NCBI GenBank assembly: GCA_963775425.1
Contig: CAVZJB010000017.1
Coordinates: 192,001 to 256,000 of the forward strand
Length of the DNA stretch: 64,000 nucleotides
DNA from: an uncultured delta proteobacterium
GTDB lineage: Bacteria > Myxococcota > UBA727 > VGSZ01
Direction of reading: 5' to 3'
How positions within the stretch are numbered: position 1 is the first letter of the stretch; each line of letters begins with the position of its first letter. Below the pieces are notes generated by a model, which was not told the DNA's origin, ran no database searches, and saw nothing but the letters and a program-made list of their open reading frames with translations. Below, piece by piece: positions 29,701 through 39,254 of the stretch. The translations under genes were made by a program, and so were the position numbers.

Positions 29701-32700
29701 GAGCGCGCCGCGTCCGGTCGCGACGTCGTCACGATGACCCGGGCGCCGCCGGCGAGGAGGCGCGCGACCACGCTGCGCGCGATGGAGCCCGGCCCCGCGC
29801 CCGTGACGAGCGCCGTGCGCCCGGCAAACACGCTGGCGACCGCGCTGACCGCGAGCACGGCCTCGAGCCGCTCCACGCGGGAGGCGTCGCCGTCGCGCCG
29901 CGCCTCCTCGAGCATGTGCGCGGCGAGCGCGCGGGCGGCGGCGTCGAGGCGCCCGGCGACGCGCGCTGGGGGCAGCGCGTCGTCGAGGAGGTCGCGGCGC
30001 GCCCACGCCCACGACGACCGGAACGCCGCGTGCTTCCTGGCGTCGAACACGGCGCGCGTCGCCTGGAAGTAGGCCTCGTCGTGCTCGCGGTCATCGAGCG
30101 CGGGTCCCCCCGCGGCGGGATCGACCACGACGCCGTCGACGGCGCCGGGCTCCACGGCGTCGCGCAGCACGCGGGCCGCGCGCGCGAGCGCGCCGTCCTT
30201 GCCGAGCACGCGGGCCTCGAGGGCGTCGAGCGCCGCGGAGTCGACGGCGGCCCCGCCGGCGGCCGCGCGCTTCTTCTCGATGGCGACGCCGAGCTCGGCG
30301 CCGTAGGCGCGCACGAGCTCCTCGACGACGCCGTCGCTCTTGCCGCCGGCGCGGGCGCGCAGAGCCAGGCGGTTCTTCAGGCGCTCGCGGTGGGCGGGCG
30401 GGAGCTCCCACTCCTTGGCGAGCAGGTCGTCGAACCGGCCGAGGTCGTGGCCGAGCAGCTTGTGCGCGGCCTGATCCTGCAGCGGCTTCAGCACGGCGCC
30501 GGGACCGGTTGCTGTCGACGTTTTCGAGATCGTCGAAGCGAGCGTCGCCAGGGGCATCTCGTGCGCGTTGTCCACGGCGCGCGCGCCGAGCTCCGCCCCG
30601 ATCTCGGCGAGCACCTGGTTCCTTCGCGCGGAATTTCCGCCGAGCAGGTGATCGAGCGAGCGCGACAGATCGATCTCCTCCCGCGCCTTCTTGGTGACGA
30701 CGCACAGGAGCGTGACGAGGGCGTCCTCGACCCACGGGCGCGCCTCGGGGAGCGGCCCGACGCCGCGCGCCGGCTCGAGGGGGACGGGCGCCGCGACGGC
30801 CGCTTGCTGCGGCGCAGCCGGGGCTTCTCTGCGTGGCGCGGCTGCTTGCCCGCCGCCGGGCCCCTCCTGCTCGCCCACGCCGGACGCCGACGCCGGCGCC
30901 GGCGGGACGGCGACGGGGTCCTCCTCCACGAGCGCCGTGCCGAGCACGACGTCTTTGTCGAGCACCGCGTGCAGGACGCGAGACCTGCCGTCATAGCCGC
31001 CGGCCTTGGCCATGCCGCTCAGCACGGGCTGCTTGGCCGGGCCCACCTCGACCACGTCGCCGACGGCGTGTGCGCCCCGCAGGAGCACGTCCTGCACGTC
31101 GGTCCAGCGCACGGGAGACGCGAACTGGTAGGCGAGCACCTCGACGAGCAGCATGCGCGCGAGCCGCGGCCGGTCCGCCGCCGTCTCGTCGAAGCACGAG
31201 AGCCACTCGGCCACCCGCGGCGACCCCGACGCGTCGAGCACCTCGCTGAGGAACGCGGGTGAGAGCCGGAAGAGCGTGCCCGTGAGGTTCGGCACGTAGC
31301 GGCCCTCGAGGAGCGCCGGCTCCACGCGCTCGGGGAGCACGGCGTCGAGCCGCGCGCGGAACGCGGGCACGCCGTCGCGCAACAGCGGCGAGTGGAACGG
31401 GACGTCGATGCCCGGGACGTCGACGAACGCCGGCTTGCCGGCGCCGCCCTGGATCGCCGCGAGCTTCTGCTTCAGCGCCGCGAGCGCGCGCACGTCGCCG
31501 GTCACCGCGTACTGGCGGCCACGCACGTTGTGGTTCACCACGAACAGCGGCAGGCCCGCCTCGCGCGCCACGTCGTCGACGAGCGCGAGCGCGGCGCTCT
31601 CGTCAAGCCCGGCCAGGTTCGGCCGCACCGCGCCCATGCCGTACGGCGAGCGCCCCGCGGCGTCGCGCGACACCAGGCGATCCATCGTGCGCCCGCGCTC
31701 GTAGACGATGTCGACGACGCCGGCGAGCGGCATCACCGCCGGCACCGACGCCAGCGCCGAGTACTCACCGAGCGAGTGGCCCGCGAACGGCGCCCCCTCG
31801 ACCAGCGCGCCCTGCTCCTTCAGCGCGGCGACGTCCGCCACCGCCATCACGGCCAACGCCACCTGCGTGAGCTGCGTCAGGAAGAGGACGCCCTCGGGAT
31901 GCACCAGGCGCTCACCCTTCACCCACAGCTCGCGCGGGTTGTCGCGCACGACGTGGAGCAACGAGAAGCCGTGGTGCGACTGGCAGACCGCGTCCGCCTC
32001 GTCCCACACCGCGCGCGCCGCGGCGCTTTGTGCGTAGCTCTCCATCCCCATGCCTGCGTGCTGCACGCCCTGGCCGGGGAACACGTACGCGGTCGTCCGC
32101 GGCGCCACCTCGGCGAGGGTGCGCACGACGACGACGTCGTTTTCATCCTTCACGTCCGCTTGCACCACGGTGGCGCCCGCGCGCTTGGCCACGGCCTTCA
32201 CCTCCACGGAGAGGGGCGTCCGCGGCAAGACCGGCGCGAGGAAGGTGGACGTCGCGCGGCGCACGCGCGAGGCGTCGCCGTCGGCGGCCAGGCGCGCGAT
32301 GCGGTGCACGGCCATCGACGCCGTCCACATCCCGTGGACGATGGGCTGTGTGAAGCCAGCGAGCCGGGCCACGTTCGCGTCGACGTGCAGCGGGTTCTTG
32401 TCACCGCTCGCCTCCGCGTACGCAGCCATTCCCGCGGGCGCGCGAGCGCTCTTGATGCCGATGAGCGCCTCTTGCGCGAGCGGCACCTGCGCGCTCTCGC
32501 CGACGGGCCCCTCGAGCAGATCCACGAGGGCGTCGAGCGCTGCTCCGGGAGAGACCGCCGTCGAAAGGTCGTGGCCGGACGCGATGTGCAAGCGGCCCAC
32601 CTCGCGGCCGTCGACCGTGAACGCACCCGCGGCCTCCGCCTCGGTCACCGTCGCGTCGAGCACCAGCGCGCACGGCGCGCCCAGCGCCGCGTCGAGGGTC

Positions 32701-35700
32701 ACGAAGGGCTTGGCCCGCAGGAACGCGAGCTCGGCAGCGCCGACGTCGAGCCGCGCCTGGACGCTGCGGCGCTCCCGGCGAGGCGCCGGCGCTCCGACAC
32801 TTTGGCGAATGAAGAATCGGCTCTCGGTCTCCGCGGCGACGCCGCCGTCGGCGCGCACGAGGCGGCCGTCGACGACGACGCGCGTGCCGCCTTCGACGCC
32901 CTCCACGGAGCGAACGCGGGCGCACGCCGTCAGGTGCTCTCCGCAGTCGAAGCCCGGACCGCGCGCCTCCTCGCTCTCATGCACGAGGCGCACGACGTCG
33001 GGGCGGGCACCGGCGAGCGCGCGAAAGACGGCGCGCCACGCAAAGGAGAACGCCGTCGGCAGGGGCGCGCGGGTCGACGCCGGGTTGTCGTCGCCGGTGG
33101 CGGCGCGGAAGGCGCGGACGCGCGCGGCGTCGATGACGACGGGCTCGCGCGCCTCCTCGAAGAGCGGCACGGGCTCGAGGTCCTCGCCGAACATGGCGCG
33201 GCTGTAGAAGCGGTGCTGGGCGTCGAGGTACCGCTCGCGGTCCCACGCGAGCCAGCCGCCGTGATCGTCGTCGACCAGACGCAGGCAGAGGTCGAGCGCC
33301 GCGTCACCGTGGACGAGCTCGGCGACGAGCCGCCCGCTCTCCGCGTCGAGGCGCACACACGACGGCGGCGCGCCCTGCAGCGGGTTTTTGTGCCACAGAC
33401 CGTTGTCGTCGACGGCGAACGGGAGCGTGCGCGCGCGCTCGAGGCGCGCATCCCCGACCGACGCACGAGCCGCCCCGGCGCGGGCGAGCGTCGCCGGCGC
33501 CGCCGCGCGAGCGGAGACCGCCGACGTGGCGTGGGCGACGAACGAGCGGAGCACGTCCGCGACGGGCTCGTCGACGGCGCGGATGGCGGCGACCGCCGCG
33601 GGGCCCGGGATGGCGAAGACGGCGTCCGCGGCGAAGCGGTCGTCGTGGGACTGCCACAGCGAGTCCGACTTGAACCAACGGCGCACGTCGGCGTCGAGGA
33701 CGGGCACGAAGGGCACGGGCTTGCCCGGCCGCTTGCACACCTCCAGGAAGAAGCGCGCGTCTTCGGGGTGCAGCAGGCTCGAGCCGAGGTCGTCGCCGTA
33801 GCGGGCCGCGCAACGTCGCTCGAGCTCCTCCATGCGCGAGCGCCAGGTGACGTCGGCCTCGAGCCCGTCGGGGGTCAGCAGCGCGCGGGCGCGCGCGAGC
33901 AGCTCGGCGGGCGTCATCGCCTCGACGTCGCCGAAGTACGGCTTGGCCGTGCGCGCGAGCGCCTCCACGATCTCGTCGCGGCGCGCGGCGACCTTGTCGG
34001 CGTCACCCGCGACCTCGTCGAGCAGGCGGCCGCAGCGGGCGGCGGCGTTGTCGAGGTAGTAGATGGGCGCGTCGAGCGAGCTCTTGCCGCTCGTGACCCC
34101 GCCGGCGCGGCCGCCGTCGGTGGGCCACTGCGCGAGCTCGCCCGCGGCCGCGGCCAAAGCGCGCTTCACGGCCGGCGACGTCTTCGCTTCCTTGGTCGCC
34201 ATCAAGCGGGTCCCGAGGAACACGGCGTCGACCGGCATCGCCGGGAGCCCCAGGCCGGGGAAGCGCTCGTCCACCCACGCGCCCGTCAGGTACGCGGTGG
34301 CCTGCTCCTCGGTGCCGACGCCGCCGCCGACGCACACGACGAGGTTATCGCGCGCGCGCAACTTGGCGTAGTGGCGCACCAGGAGGTCGTCGAGATCCTC
34401 CCAGCTATGGTGGCCGCCCGCCTTGCCGCCTTCGATGTGCGCGAAGAGGGTCATCGCCGGGCGCGCGTCGGCGATGGCGAGCACGGCGTCGAGCTGGGCG
34501 TCGTTGCCGGGCTTGAACGCGTTGAGCGTCATGCCGTGGGCGACGAGATCGTCGAGGAGGGCGACGGCCTCCTCCAACGGGGGAACGCCGGCGCTCACGG
34601 TGACGCCGAGGATGGGGTAGCCCTCGTCGCGCAGCGCGAACACCGTCCGCTGGGTCTTGAAGTGGAGGCCCCACAGGTACGGATCGAGGTAGAGCGCGTT
34701 GAAGACGATGCCCTGCCCCGGCTGAAGCGTCGCACGCACCTCCTCGAGCCGCGCGCGCAGGATGGGCGTCGTGACCTGGCCGCCGCCGGCGAGCTCGGCG
34801 ACGAAGCCGGCGTTGGCGGCGGCGACGACGATGGGCGCCTCCACGGTGGTGGGCGTCATGCCCGGCACGAGCACCGGCGGCCGCCCCGTGGCGCGCACGA
34901 AGCGGTTCACGAAACGCTCGCGTCCGTCGGGACCGCGCTCGATGACGGGCGCGAACCGCTCGGCGTACGGCGCCGGCGGCTCCGGCGCCTCGCGGGCGTC
35001 GAGCAGCGCCTTGCGCGCCCGCGCCTCCACCACCGCCAGCACCGCCGAACCGCGGCCGCGCAGCGCGGAGCTCGACAGGTGCGCGACGTCGACGCCGGGG
35101 CCGCAGTCGATCACGAGGTCGGCGCCGAGCGCGGACGCCGTGGCCCGCCAGCTCTGCGGGCGCACGAGGATGGCGCTCATGGCGCGGGCGAGGGCGGCGC
35201 CGTCGTCCGGCATCGGGTGCTCCCCGTCGAGCACCGGCAGCTTCAGCGCGCCCGCCGGCAGCGCGAGCGCGCGGGCCGCCAGGGTCTCATGGAGCTGGGC
35301 GCATACTTCATCGAACATGGAAGTATGGAAGGGGCCGCTCACCGGCAGCCACTGAAAGCGCACGTCGACGATCCGGCCGGGGGCCAAGCCGCGCTTCTTC
35401 CTGGCGCGCCGCTCCTCCGCCTGCGCGAGCGCGAAGCGGCGGAGCCGCTCGAGCTCCGCGGGGGCGCCGGCGAGCGTGTGGTGAAGCGGCGCGTTCTCGA
35501 CGGCGACGTGGGCGGCCGCACCGCTCGCGTGCAAGAGCGCGCGAAGCTCGGGGAGCGTCGCGCCGCTCACGGCCGCCATCGGCGACGGGGGCGCGCCCGT
35601 CTCCTCGACGGACCGCACGGCGAGGGACGGCGGCGCCGCCGGAGCGCCGGAGCGCTCCATGGCGATGCCGAGGTGCAACGCGGCGCGCGCGAGGCGCGCG

Positions 35701-36335
35701 ACGAGGTGGGCGCGCTCGGCGGCGTCGCGCACGCCGAAGACCGCGGAGCAGCCGAGCGCCCCGAGGACGCCCTGGCTGTGACCCGCGCAGGACGGCAGGC
35801 GCGCGGCGCCCTCGCCGAAGGGGACGTCGAAGAGGGCATCGAGGCCGCCGGCGAAGAGCTGCTCGAGGCGCGCCATCTGGGCGGCGAAGAGCAGCGGCGC
35901 CGACGACGACGCGCGGGCGAGCGAGGCCGCGTCGGGCTTCTCGGGCGCCCGGGCGCGAGCGTCGACGGCCTCCGGCGCGCCGGGAGGGGGGGCGAGCCAC
36001 GCGAGGAAGTCGATGCCGAGCGGGAGCTGCGCGCGGCCGGCGGCGTCGAGGTGCGCGGCCTCGTCGACGAGTGCGTCGCGCACGATCTCGAGCAGGCGCC
36101 GCGGCGCGCCGCCGCCGGCATGGAGCTCGGCGAGCTCGTCGAGGTACGCGGCCCCCTGGCCGGCGAACGTGAACGCCAGGGCGCGGCGGCCGGCGCGGAC
36201 GGCGTCGACGACGGCGGGCACGGCGGGGGCGAGCGCGGCGCGCGCCCGCACCGCGCGCGCGGCCTCGGCGTCGAGGAGCGCCAGCGAGGCCCCCATGTCC
36301 ACGGGTCCGGCGAAGTCGGTTTCATGGCTGCTCAT
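26799..36335 (-). CDS. fas: Type I fatty acid synthase (single-chain CMN/fungal-type FAS-I), 3178 aa
   Basis: AT GHSQG; ER GMTPTT, EGGKAGGHHSWED; DH IVHGMW; MPT GHSLGEY; ACP GNSARRNQ; KR TGAGPGSI, PLSPNHG..YGECK; KS GACATG, KHDSST, TGHPKG. Confidence 0.95.
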   Translation of the reverse strand: MSSHETDFAGPVDMGASLALLDAEAARAVRARAALAPAVPAVVDAVRAGRRALAFTFAGQGAAYLDELAELHAGGGAPRRLLEIVRDALVDEAAHLDAAGRAQLPLGIDFLAWLAPPPGAPEAVDARARAPEKPDAASLARASSSAPLLFAAQMARLEQLFAGGLDALFDVPFGEGAARLPSCAGHSQGVLGALGCSAVFGVRDAAERAHLVARLARAALHLGIAMERSGAPAAPPSLAVRSVEETGAPPSPMAAVSGATLPELRALLHASGAAAHVAVENAPLHHTLAGAPAELERLRRFALAQAEERRARKKRGLAPGRIVDVRFQWLPVSGPFHTSMFDEVCAQLHETLAARALALPAGALKLPVLDGEHPMPDDGAALARAMSAILVRPQSWRATASALGADLVIDCGPGVDVAHLSSSALRGRGSAVLAVVEARARKALLDAREAPEPPAPYAERFAPVIERGPDGRERFVNRFVRATGRPPVLVPGMTPTTVEAPIVVAAANAGFVAELAGGGQVTTPILRARLEEVRATLQPGQGIVFNALYLDPYLWGLHFKTQRTVFALRDEGYPILGVTVSAGVPPLEEAVALLDDLVAHGMTLNAFKPGNDAQLDAVLAIADARPAMTLFAHIEGGKAGGHHSWEDLDDLLVRHYAKLRARDNLVVCVGGGVGTEEQATAYLTGAWVDERFPGLGLPAMPVDAVFLGTRLMATKEAKTSPAVKRALAAAAGELAQWPTDGGRAGGVTSGKSSLDAPIYYLDNAAARCGRLLDEVAGDADKVAARRDEIVEALARTAKPYFGDVEAMTPAELLARARALLTPDGLEADVTWRSRMEELERRCAARYGDDLGSSLLHPEDARFFLEVCKRPGKPVPFVPVLDADVRRWFKSDSLWQSHDDRFAADAVFAIPGPAAVAAIRAVDEPVADVLRSFVAHATSAVSARAAAPATLARAGAARASVGDARLERARTLPFAVDDNGLWHKNPLQGAPPSCVRLDAESGRLVAELVHGDAALDLCLRLVDDDHGGWLAWDRERYLDAQHRFYSRAMFGEDLEPVPLFEEAREPVVIDAARVRAFRAATGDDNPASTRAPLPTAFSFAWRAVFRALAGARPDVVRLVHESEEARGPGFDCGEHLTACARVRSVEGVEGGTRVVVDGRLVRADGGVAAETESRFFIRQSVGAPAPRRERRSVQARLDVGAAELAFLRAKPFVTLDAALGAPCALVLDATVTEAEAAGAFTVDGREVGRLHIASGHDLSTAVSPGAALDALVDLLEGPVGESAQVPLAQEALIGIKSARAPAGMAAYAEASGDKNPLHVDANVARLAGFTQPIVHGMWTASMAVHRIARLAADGDASRVRRATSTFLAPVLPRTPLSVEVKAVAKRAGATVVQADVKDENDVVVVRTLAEVAPRTTAYVFPGQGVQHAGMGMESYAQSAAARAVWDEADAVCQSHHGFSLLHVVRDNPRELWVKGERLVHPEGVLFLTQLTQVALAVMAVADVAALKEQGALVEGAPFAGHSLGEYSALASVPAVMPLAGVVDIVYERGRTMDRLVSRDAAGRSPYGMGAVRPNLAGLDESAALALVDDVAREAGLPLFVVNHNVRGRQYAVTGDVRALAALKQKLAAIQGGAGKPAFVDVPGIDVPFHSPLLRDGVPAFRARLDAVLPERVEPALLEGRYVPNLTGTLFRLSPAFLSEVLDASGSPRVAEWLSCFDETAADRPRLARMLLVEVLAYQFASPVRWTDVQDVLLRGAHAVGDVVEVGPAKQPVLSGMAKAGGYDGRSRVLHAVLDKDVVLGTALVEEDPVAVPPAPASASGVGEQEGPGGGQAAAPRREAPAAPQQAAVAAPVPLEPARGVGPLPEARPWVEDALVTLLCVVTKKAREEIDLSRSLDHLLGGNSARRNQVLAEIGAELGARAVDNAHEMPLATLASTISKTSTATGPGAVLKPLQDQAAHKLLGHDLGRFDDLLAKEWELPPAHRERLKNRLALRARAGGKSDGVVEELVRAYGAELGVAIEKKRAAAGGAAVDSAALDALEARVLGKDGALARAARVLRDAVEPGAVDGVVVDPAAGGPALDDREHDEAYFQATRAVFDARKHAAFRSSWAWARRDLLDDALPPARVAGRLDAAARALAAHMLEEARRDGDASRVERLEAVLAVSAVASVFAGRTALVTGAGPGSIARSVVARLLAGGARVIVTTSRPDAARSFKALYQEHAALGAELHVVPANQGSFADVDDLVRFLAEPQKERVGSVDRVAKPPMVPDLVIPFGAVAETADLLSMGPRSLTMFRVLVLGVERLVARVAELHAARGTRAHVILPLSPNHGTFGGDGAYGECKAALEALLDKQRSEAWGKNVAVVGARIGWVRGTGLMHKNDGAATFLEERGLKTFSGDEMADAVVALMDDVAAARAPFVADLTGGLGAVPDLAGLMREYRDRVAADARLEARRRVLDEAWARVAGAAAGSSTSKTAPLARQRLRVPVPCEADLALLPQLDHLDLDELIVVVGTGEVSPWGSARTRWAIEKDAKLSIEAVLELAWMMGLVRPDDKGAGFVDAASGERVADDEVIAKYEEHVLAHAGVRVIEPAVTGFDPRRTPRLVEVHLERDFRFPVPTRETAAAMVEDDPEGTVVVDDGGALFVVKRAGSVVRVPAAFRLHRAVAGQIPTGWDAARLGVPKELCAQVDPVTLYCLVSTAEAFLAAGLTPEELFAHLHPGRAGVTIGTGIGGMTKLKKLYRDFYDGADRQNDALQETLINVIGGYVVQSFLGSYGPMSFPVGACATGGLSLSEAVDKIKTGQADLVVAGGADDLSEAGNLGFGDMGATADTDDLAARGVEPRFMSRPNDARRRGFVESQGAGVVVVCRASLAVKLALPVYGVVAFAGTSGDGLQKSVPAPGQGALALATEDRTDPVDHTACDLELRRRAARELDKRRPELARLLGAAQADAIVAAEKRRLAHDFMRDRRDISPLRGALAVLGLVADDVGVVSKHDSSTQANDLNEARLHETMMTSLGRAPHKPLFVISQKSLTGHPKGAAAAWQMNGLLQAMADGVVPGNASLDDVDDDMRAFGRLVWSDRATRLPWHALKAGVVTTLGFGHVSALVCLAHPFLFWRALAEDVRADYAARMEARRRSAEQRLQRVLSGRAPLFVPRERPAGFGGDVEARALLDAGGRA

Positions 36336-37126
36336 GCGTTCCTCCGCGCTTGCGCCAGCAAGCGCCCGAAGTGCTCGACGGTGACGAGGAGCATGCGGCT
36401 CTGCTCGTCGTAGATGCGGTGGTCAGGCTCGGCCATGTCCTGCGAGATCGATCCGATGAAGCACGACAGGAGCAGGCCGGCCAGGGTCTCAATTTGCTTC
36501 GCGTCGTAGAAGCCCTCGAACGTGGGCGCGACGACCTGCGCGAGGGATCGCCGGATGCGCACGATGAACGAGGCCAGCGCCCGCCGCAGCGAAGGGTGGC
36601 GCTGCGACTGCACGAGGGCGTCGAGCCAGACGGGCAGGAGCCGCCGGCCGCGCCGCCCCTCGCGCCCGAGCGCCTGCAGGAGGGCGTGCACCGGGTCGGC
36701 GTCCTCGAAGGCGGCGCGGAACTGCGCCATGATCTCGTCCTCGACCTCGTCGGCCCACACGTCGAGGATCTGGACGAAGACCTGCTCCTTGGTCTCGAAG
36801 TACCAATAGAAGGTGCCCTTGCTGACGCCGGCCATGGCGCAGATGTCGTCGACGCTGGTGGCGTGAAAGCCTGCCTGCGCGAAGCAGTGGAAGGCCGCCA
36901 CGCGGATCGCGGCCGCCTTGTCGCTGCTCTTCTCGGCGCGCTGCGCGAGGGCGCGGGCGGCGGCGGCTTTGCGCACGCCGCTGTCGACGCCGCTCTTCGC
37001 GCGCTTCTTGCGTGCCTTCGGCGCGGGCTTCGGCGCGGGCGTCGGCGCGGGCTTCGGCCCGCGCTGCGCCGCGCTCTTCGCGGCCCGCGGCTTCTGTGCC
37101 GTCTTCGCCGCGCGCCTGATGGCCAT
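36332..37126 (-). CDS. TetR/AcrR family regulator with basic N-terminal extension
   Basis: GFHATSVDDICAMAGVSKGTFYWYFETKE HTH; GGAGG upstream; stop overlaps fas ATG. Confidence 0.92.
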   Translation of the reverse strand: MAIRRAAKTAQKPRAAKSAAQRGPKPAPTPAPKPAPKARKKRAKSGVDSGVRKAAAARALAQRAEKSSDKAAAIRVAAFHCFAQAGFHATSVDDICAMAGVSKGTFYWYFETKEQVFVQILDVWADEVEDEIMAQFRAAFEDADPVHALLQALGREGRRGRRLLPVWLDALVQSQRHPSLRRALASFIVRIRRSLAQVVAPTFEGFYDAKQIETLAGLLLSCFIGSISQDMAEPDHRIYDEQSRMLLVTVEHFGRLLAQARRNA

Positions 37127-37148
37127 GACACCTCCGCCAGGCGGCCTG

Positions 37149-37206
37149 TACTGACTGGTCAGTCGAGAGCCGTCCAGAGGTGCTCGCCTAGACTGACTAG
37201 TCAGTC
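37149..37206. promoter_or_regulatory. Tandem palindromic operators, probably bound by the TetR
   Basis: Perfect 16-bp palindrome GACTGACTAGTCAGTC (37191-37206) and near copy TACTGACTGGTCAGTC (37149-37164), 42 bp apart. Confidence 0.8.
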
Positions 37207-37271
37207 GAGTCAATCAGTCCGAAACCGTGACCGCGTGGTCCTCCTCGTGCGCGGGCTGCTAGAACGCTCTC

Positions 37272-37865
37272 GTGGCGGAGGCGAAACGCACCCCCGTGGT
37301 CACCTGCGCGACGCAGGGCGCGTGGCGGACGTGGCTCGCGCGCCACCCGGGCTCGCCCGGGGTCTGGCTCAAGCTCGCCAAGAAGGGCGCCCGCGTCACG
37401 ACGCTGAGCTACGCGGAGGCGCTCGACGTCGCTTTGTGCTTCGGCTGGATCGACGGCCAGAAGGCCCCGCTCGACGAGGAGGCCTGGCTGCAGCGCTTCA
37501 CGCCGCGCGCAGCGCGGAGCAAGTGGTCCCGGAACAACCGCGACCGCGCCGAGGAGCTGCTCGCGGGTGGCGCGATGCAGGCCGGCGGGCGGGCCGCCGT
37601 CGAGCGGGCGAAGGCCGACGGGAGCTGGGACGCGGCGTATGCGGGCCAGCGCACGGCCACCGTCCCCGACGACCTCCGCCGCGCCCTCGACGACAACCCG
37701 CAGGCGGCCGCGTTCTTCGCCGGGCTCGACAGCGCCAACCGCTACGCCGTGCTCTATCGCGTCGGCGACGCCAAGCGGCCGGAGACCCGCGCCCGGCGCA
37801 TCGAGAAATTCGTCGCCATGCTCGCGCGCGGAGAGACCCTCCACCCCGCGGGCTCGCGCCGCTGA
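37272..37865 (+). CDS. YdeI/OmpD-associated family protein
   Basis: ALCFGWIDG, QRFTPR..SKWS..N, VPDDL..AL, AKRPETRARRI. Confidence 0.9.
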   Translation: MAEAKRTPVVTCATQGAWRTWLARHPGSPGVWLKLAKKGARVTTLSYAEALDVALCFGWIDGQKAPLDEEAWLQRFTPRAARSKWSRNNRDRAEELLAGGAMQAGGRAAVERAKADGSWDAAYAGQRTATVPDDLRRALDDNPQAAAFFAGLDSANRYAVLYRVGDAKRPETRARRIEKFVAMLARGETLHPAGSRR

Positions 37866-37928
37866 CCACGCCGTCGGCGGTCGGCGCCCCGCTCGCCCCC
37901 GCCGATCCCCGCCGCCCATGGGAGGGCG

Positions 37929-39122
37929 TCAGCCGCGCAACAAGCGCGCGAGCACACCGTCGAGGAGCGCGAGCATCTCGCCCGCGCGGCCGTGGGCGCG
38001 GGGCGCGCCGACGTCGGCGTCGAGGGCGGCGGCGGCGCCCTGGATGCCGCCGGGGGAGCGCCCGAGGACACGGGCGGTGAGCGCGCGCAGGTCCACGAAG
38101 CCGTGCGCGGGCTCGCCCTCGCGCGTGAGGAGATCGCGCGCGAAGGGGCCCCAGGCGCACAGGTGCGCGCCGTCGCAAAACGCGCGGAAGCGCGCGAGCG
38201 CGGGGGCCACGTCTTCGCCCGCCCGCAGGGCCCGCTCGTCGACGCGGATGCGGCCCGGCACCTCGTCGCCGAGGGGACGGCGGGGTGCGAGGATCGCCTC
38301 GAACGAGGCGACGCCCGCGTCCCCGACGCCAGGCGCGGCGGCGCCGCGGACGCCTCGGGTCGCGACGAGGTGCACGAGCTCGGGGGCCCCGGCGGCGCGC
38401 GCGTCGCGGCGGTGGCAGTTGGCCTCGGCGTAGAACACCACGGCGCGCGCGCGCTGCGCGCGCACGGCGTCGAGCTCGCGCAGGCGCGTGCGACCTCCCG
38501 CCGTGCTCGGGCGCGCCCGGCGCCGCAGCGGGCGGCCTCCGCCGCTCGCGGCGGCCTCGAGCTGGCGATCGACCATGAAGGTGAACGGCGCGAGCAACGA
38601 CGCGTAGCGGTCGCGATCGCCTTCGAGGATGCCGAGGACGGCGGCGACGGCCTCGACCGTGGCGAGGTGCTCGTCCGAGGGCTCCTTGCGGATGCGGTAG
38701 TTGCCCGGCGCCGGCGGGCGGTAGCCCACCCGCGGCAGCGACGCGAGCCGCGGGTTCTTGCCGAGGAGCTTCTTCGCCTGTGACCACGTGCCGTCGAGGA
38801 CCACCAGGGTGCGCGGCGGGGCCGCGGCCCACTCCTCGACGTCGCGCGCGCCGGCGCCGGGGAAGAGGACGGCGGCGCCGCCGGCGTCGAGCGCCGCGCG
38901 CACGGCCGGCGTGTCGTCGACGGCGACGCCCTCGACGAAGGTGGAGCCCTCGAGCCCGAGGTGCGCCATGCGCGCGGTGCCGATGGCGACGTCGCGCTCG
39001 CGCGGGTGCTGGACGAACAGCACCGACGTCTTCGGCGCCAGCCGTGGAATGAGCGCGCAGTAGCAGTGCGAGGCCGGGCGGCGGCAGCGCAGACATTGGG
39101 CCCGGGGCAAAGGCGCGTTCAT
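37929..39122 (-). CDS. DTW-domain tRNA aminocarboxypropyltransferase with C-terminal extra domain
   Basis: CLRC..HCYC, QHPRE, LDGTW, YRIRK, LATVEA. Confidence 0.85.
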   Translation of the reverse strand: MNAPLPRAQCLRCRRPASHCYCALIPRLAPKTSVLFVQHPRERDVAIGTARMAHLGLEGSTFVEGVAVDDTPAVRAALDAGGAAVLFPGAGARDVEEWAAAPPRTLVVLDGTWSQAKKLLGKNPRLASLPRVGYRPPAPGNYRIRKEPSDEHLATVEAVAAVLGILEGDRDRYASLLAPFTFMVDRQLEAAASGGGRPLRRRARPSTAGGRTRLRELDAVRAQRARAVVFYAEANCHRRDARAAGAPELVHLVATRGVRGAAAPGVGDAGVASFEAILAPRRPLGDEVPGRIRVDERALRAGEDVAPALARFRAFCDGAHLCAWGPFARDLLTREGEPAHGFVDLRALTARVLGRSPGGIQGAAAALDADVGAPRAHGRAGEMLALLDGVLARLLRG

Positions 39123-39137
39123 CGGGGACGTTCGTCG

Positions 39138-39254
39138 CTACTCCGACGGCACCGACGACTCGGTGGGCGCGGCGGTGGGCCGGTTTTCGCCGACGTATTT
39201 GACGGCGAAATAGACCGCGGCCCCGATGATGGCGAGCCCGATGAGGTACTTCAT
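39138..39254 (-). CDS. 38-aa single-TM small protein
   Basis: MKYLIGLAIIGAAVYFAVKYVGENRPTAAPTESSVPSE; GC3-rich codons; TAGGCT 6 nt upstream. Confidence 0.6.
   Translation of the reverse strand: MKYLIGLAIIGAAVYFAVKYVGENRPTAAPTESSVPSE

Noticed and set aside
26799-36335. Modular PKS or PUFA synthase
   Set aside because: Domain order and motifs match FAS-I; single ACP and C-terminal KS
26616-36413. Very long + strand ORFs (1548 and 1673 aa)
   Set aside because: Antisense shadows of the FAS gene caused by high GC; no motifs
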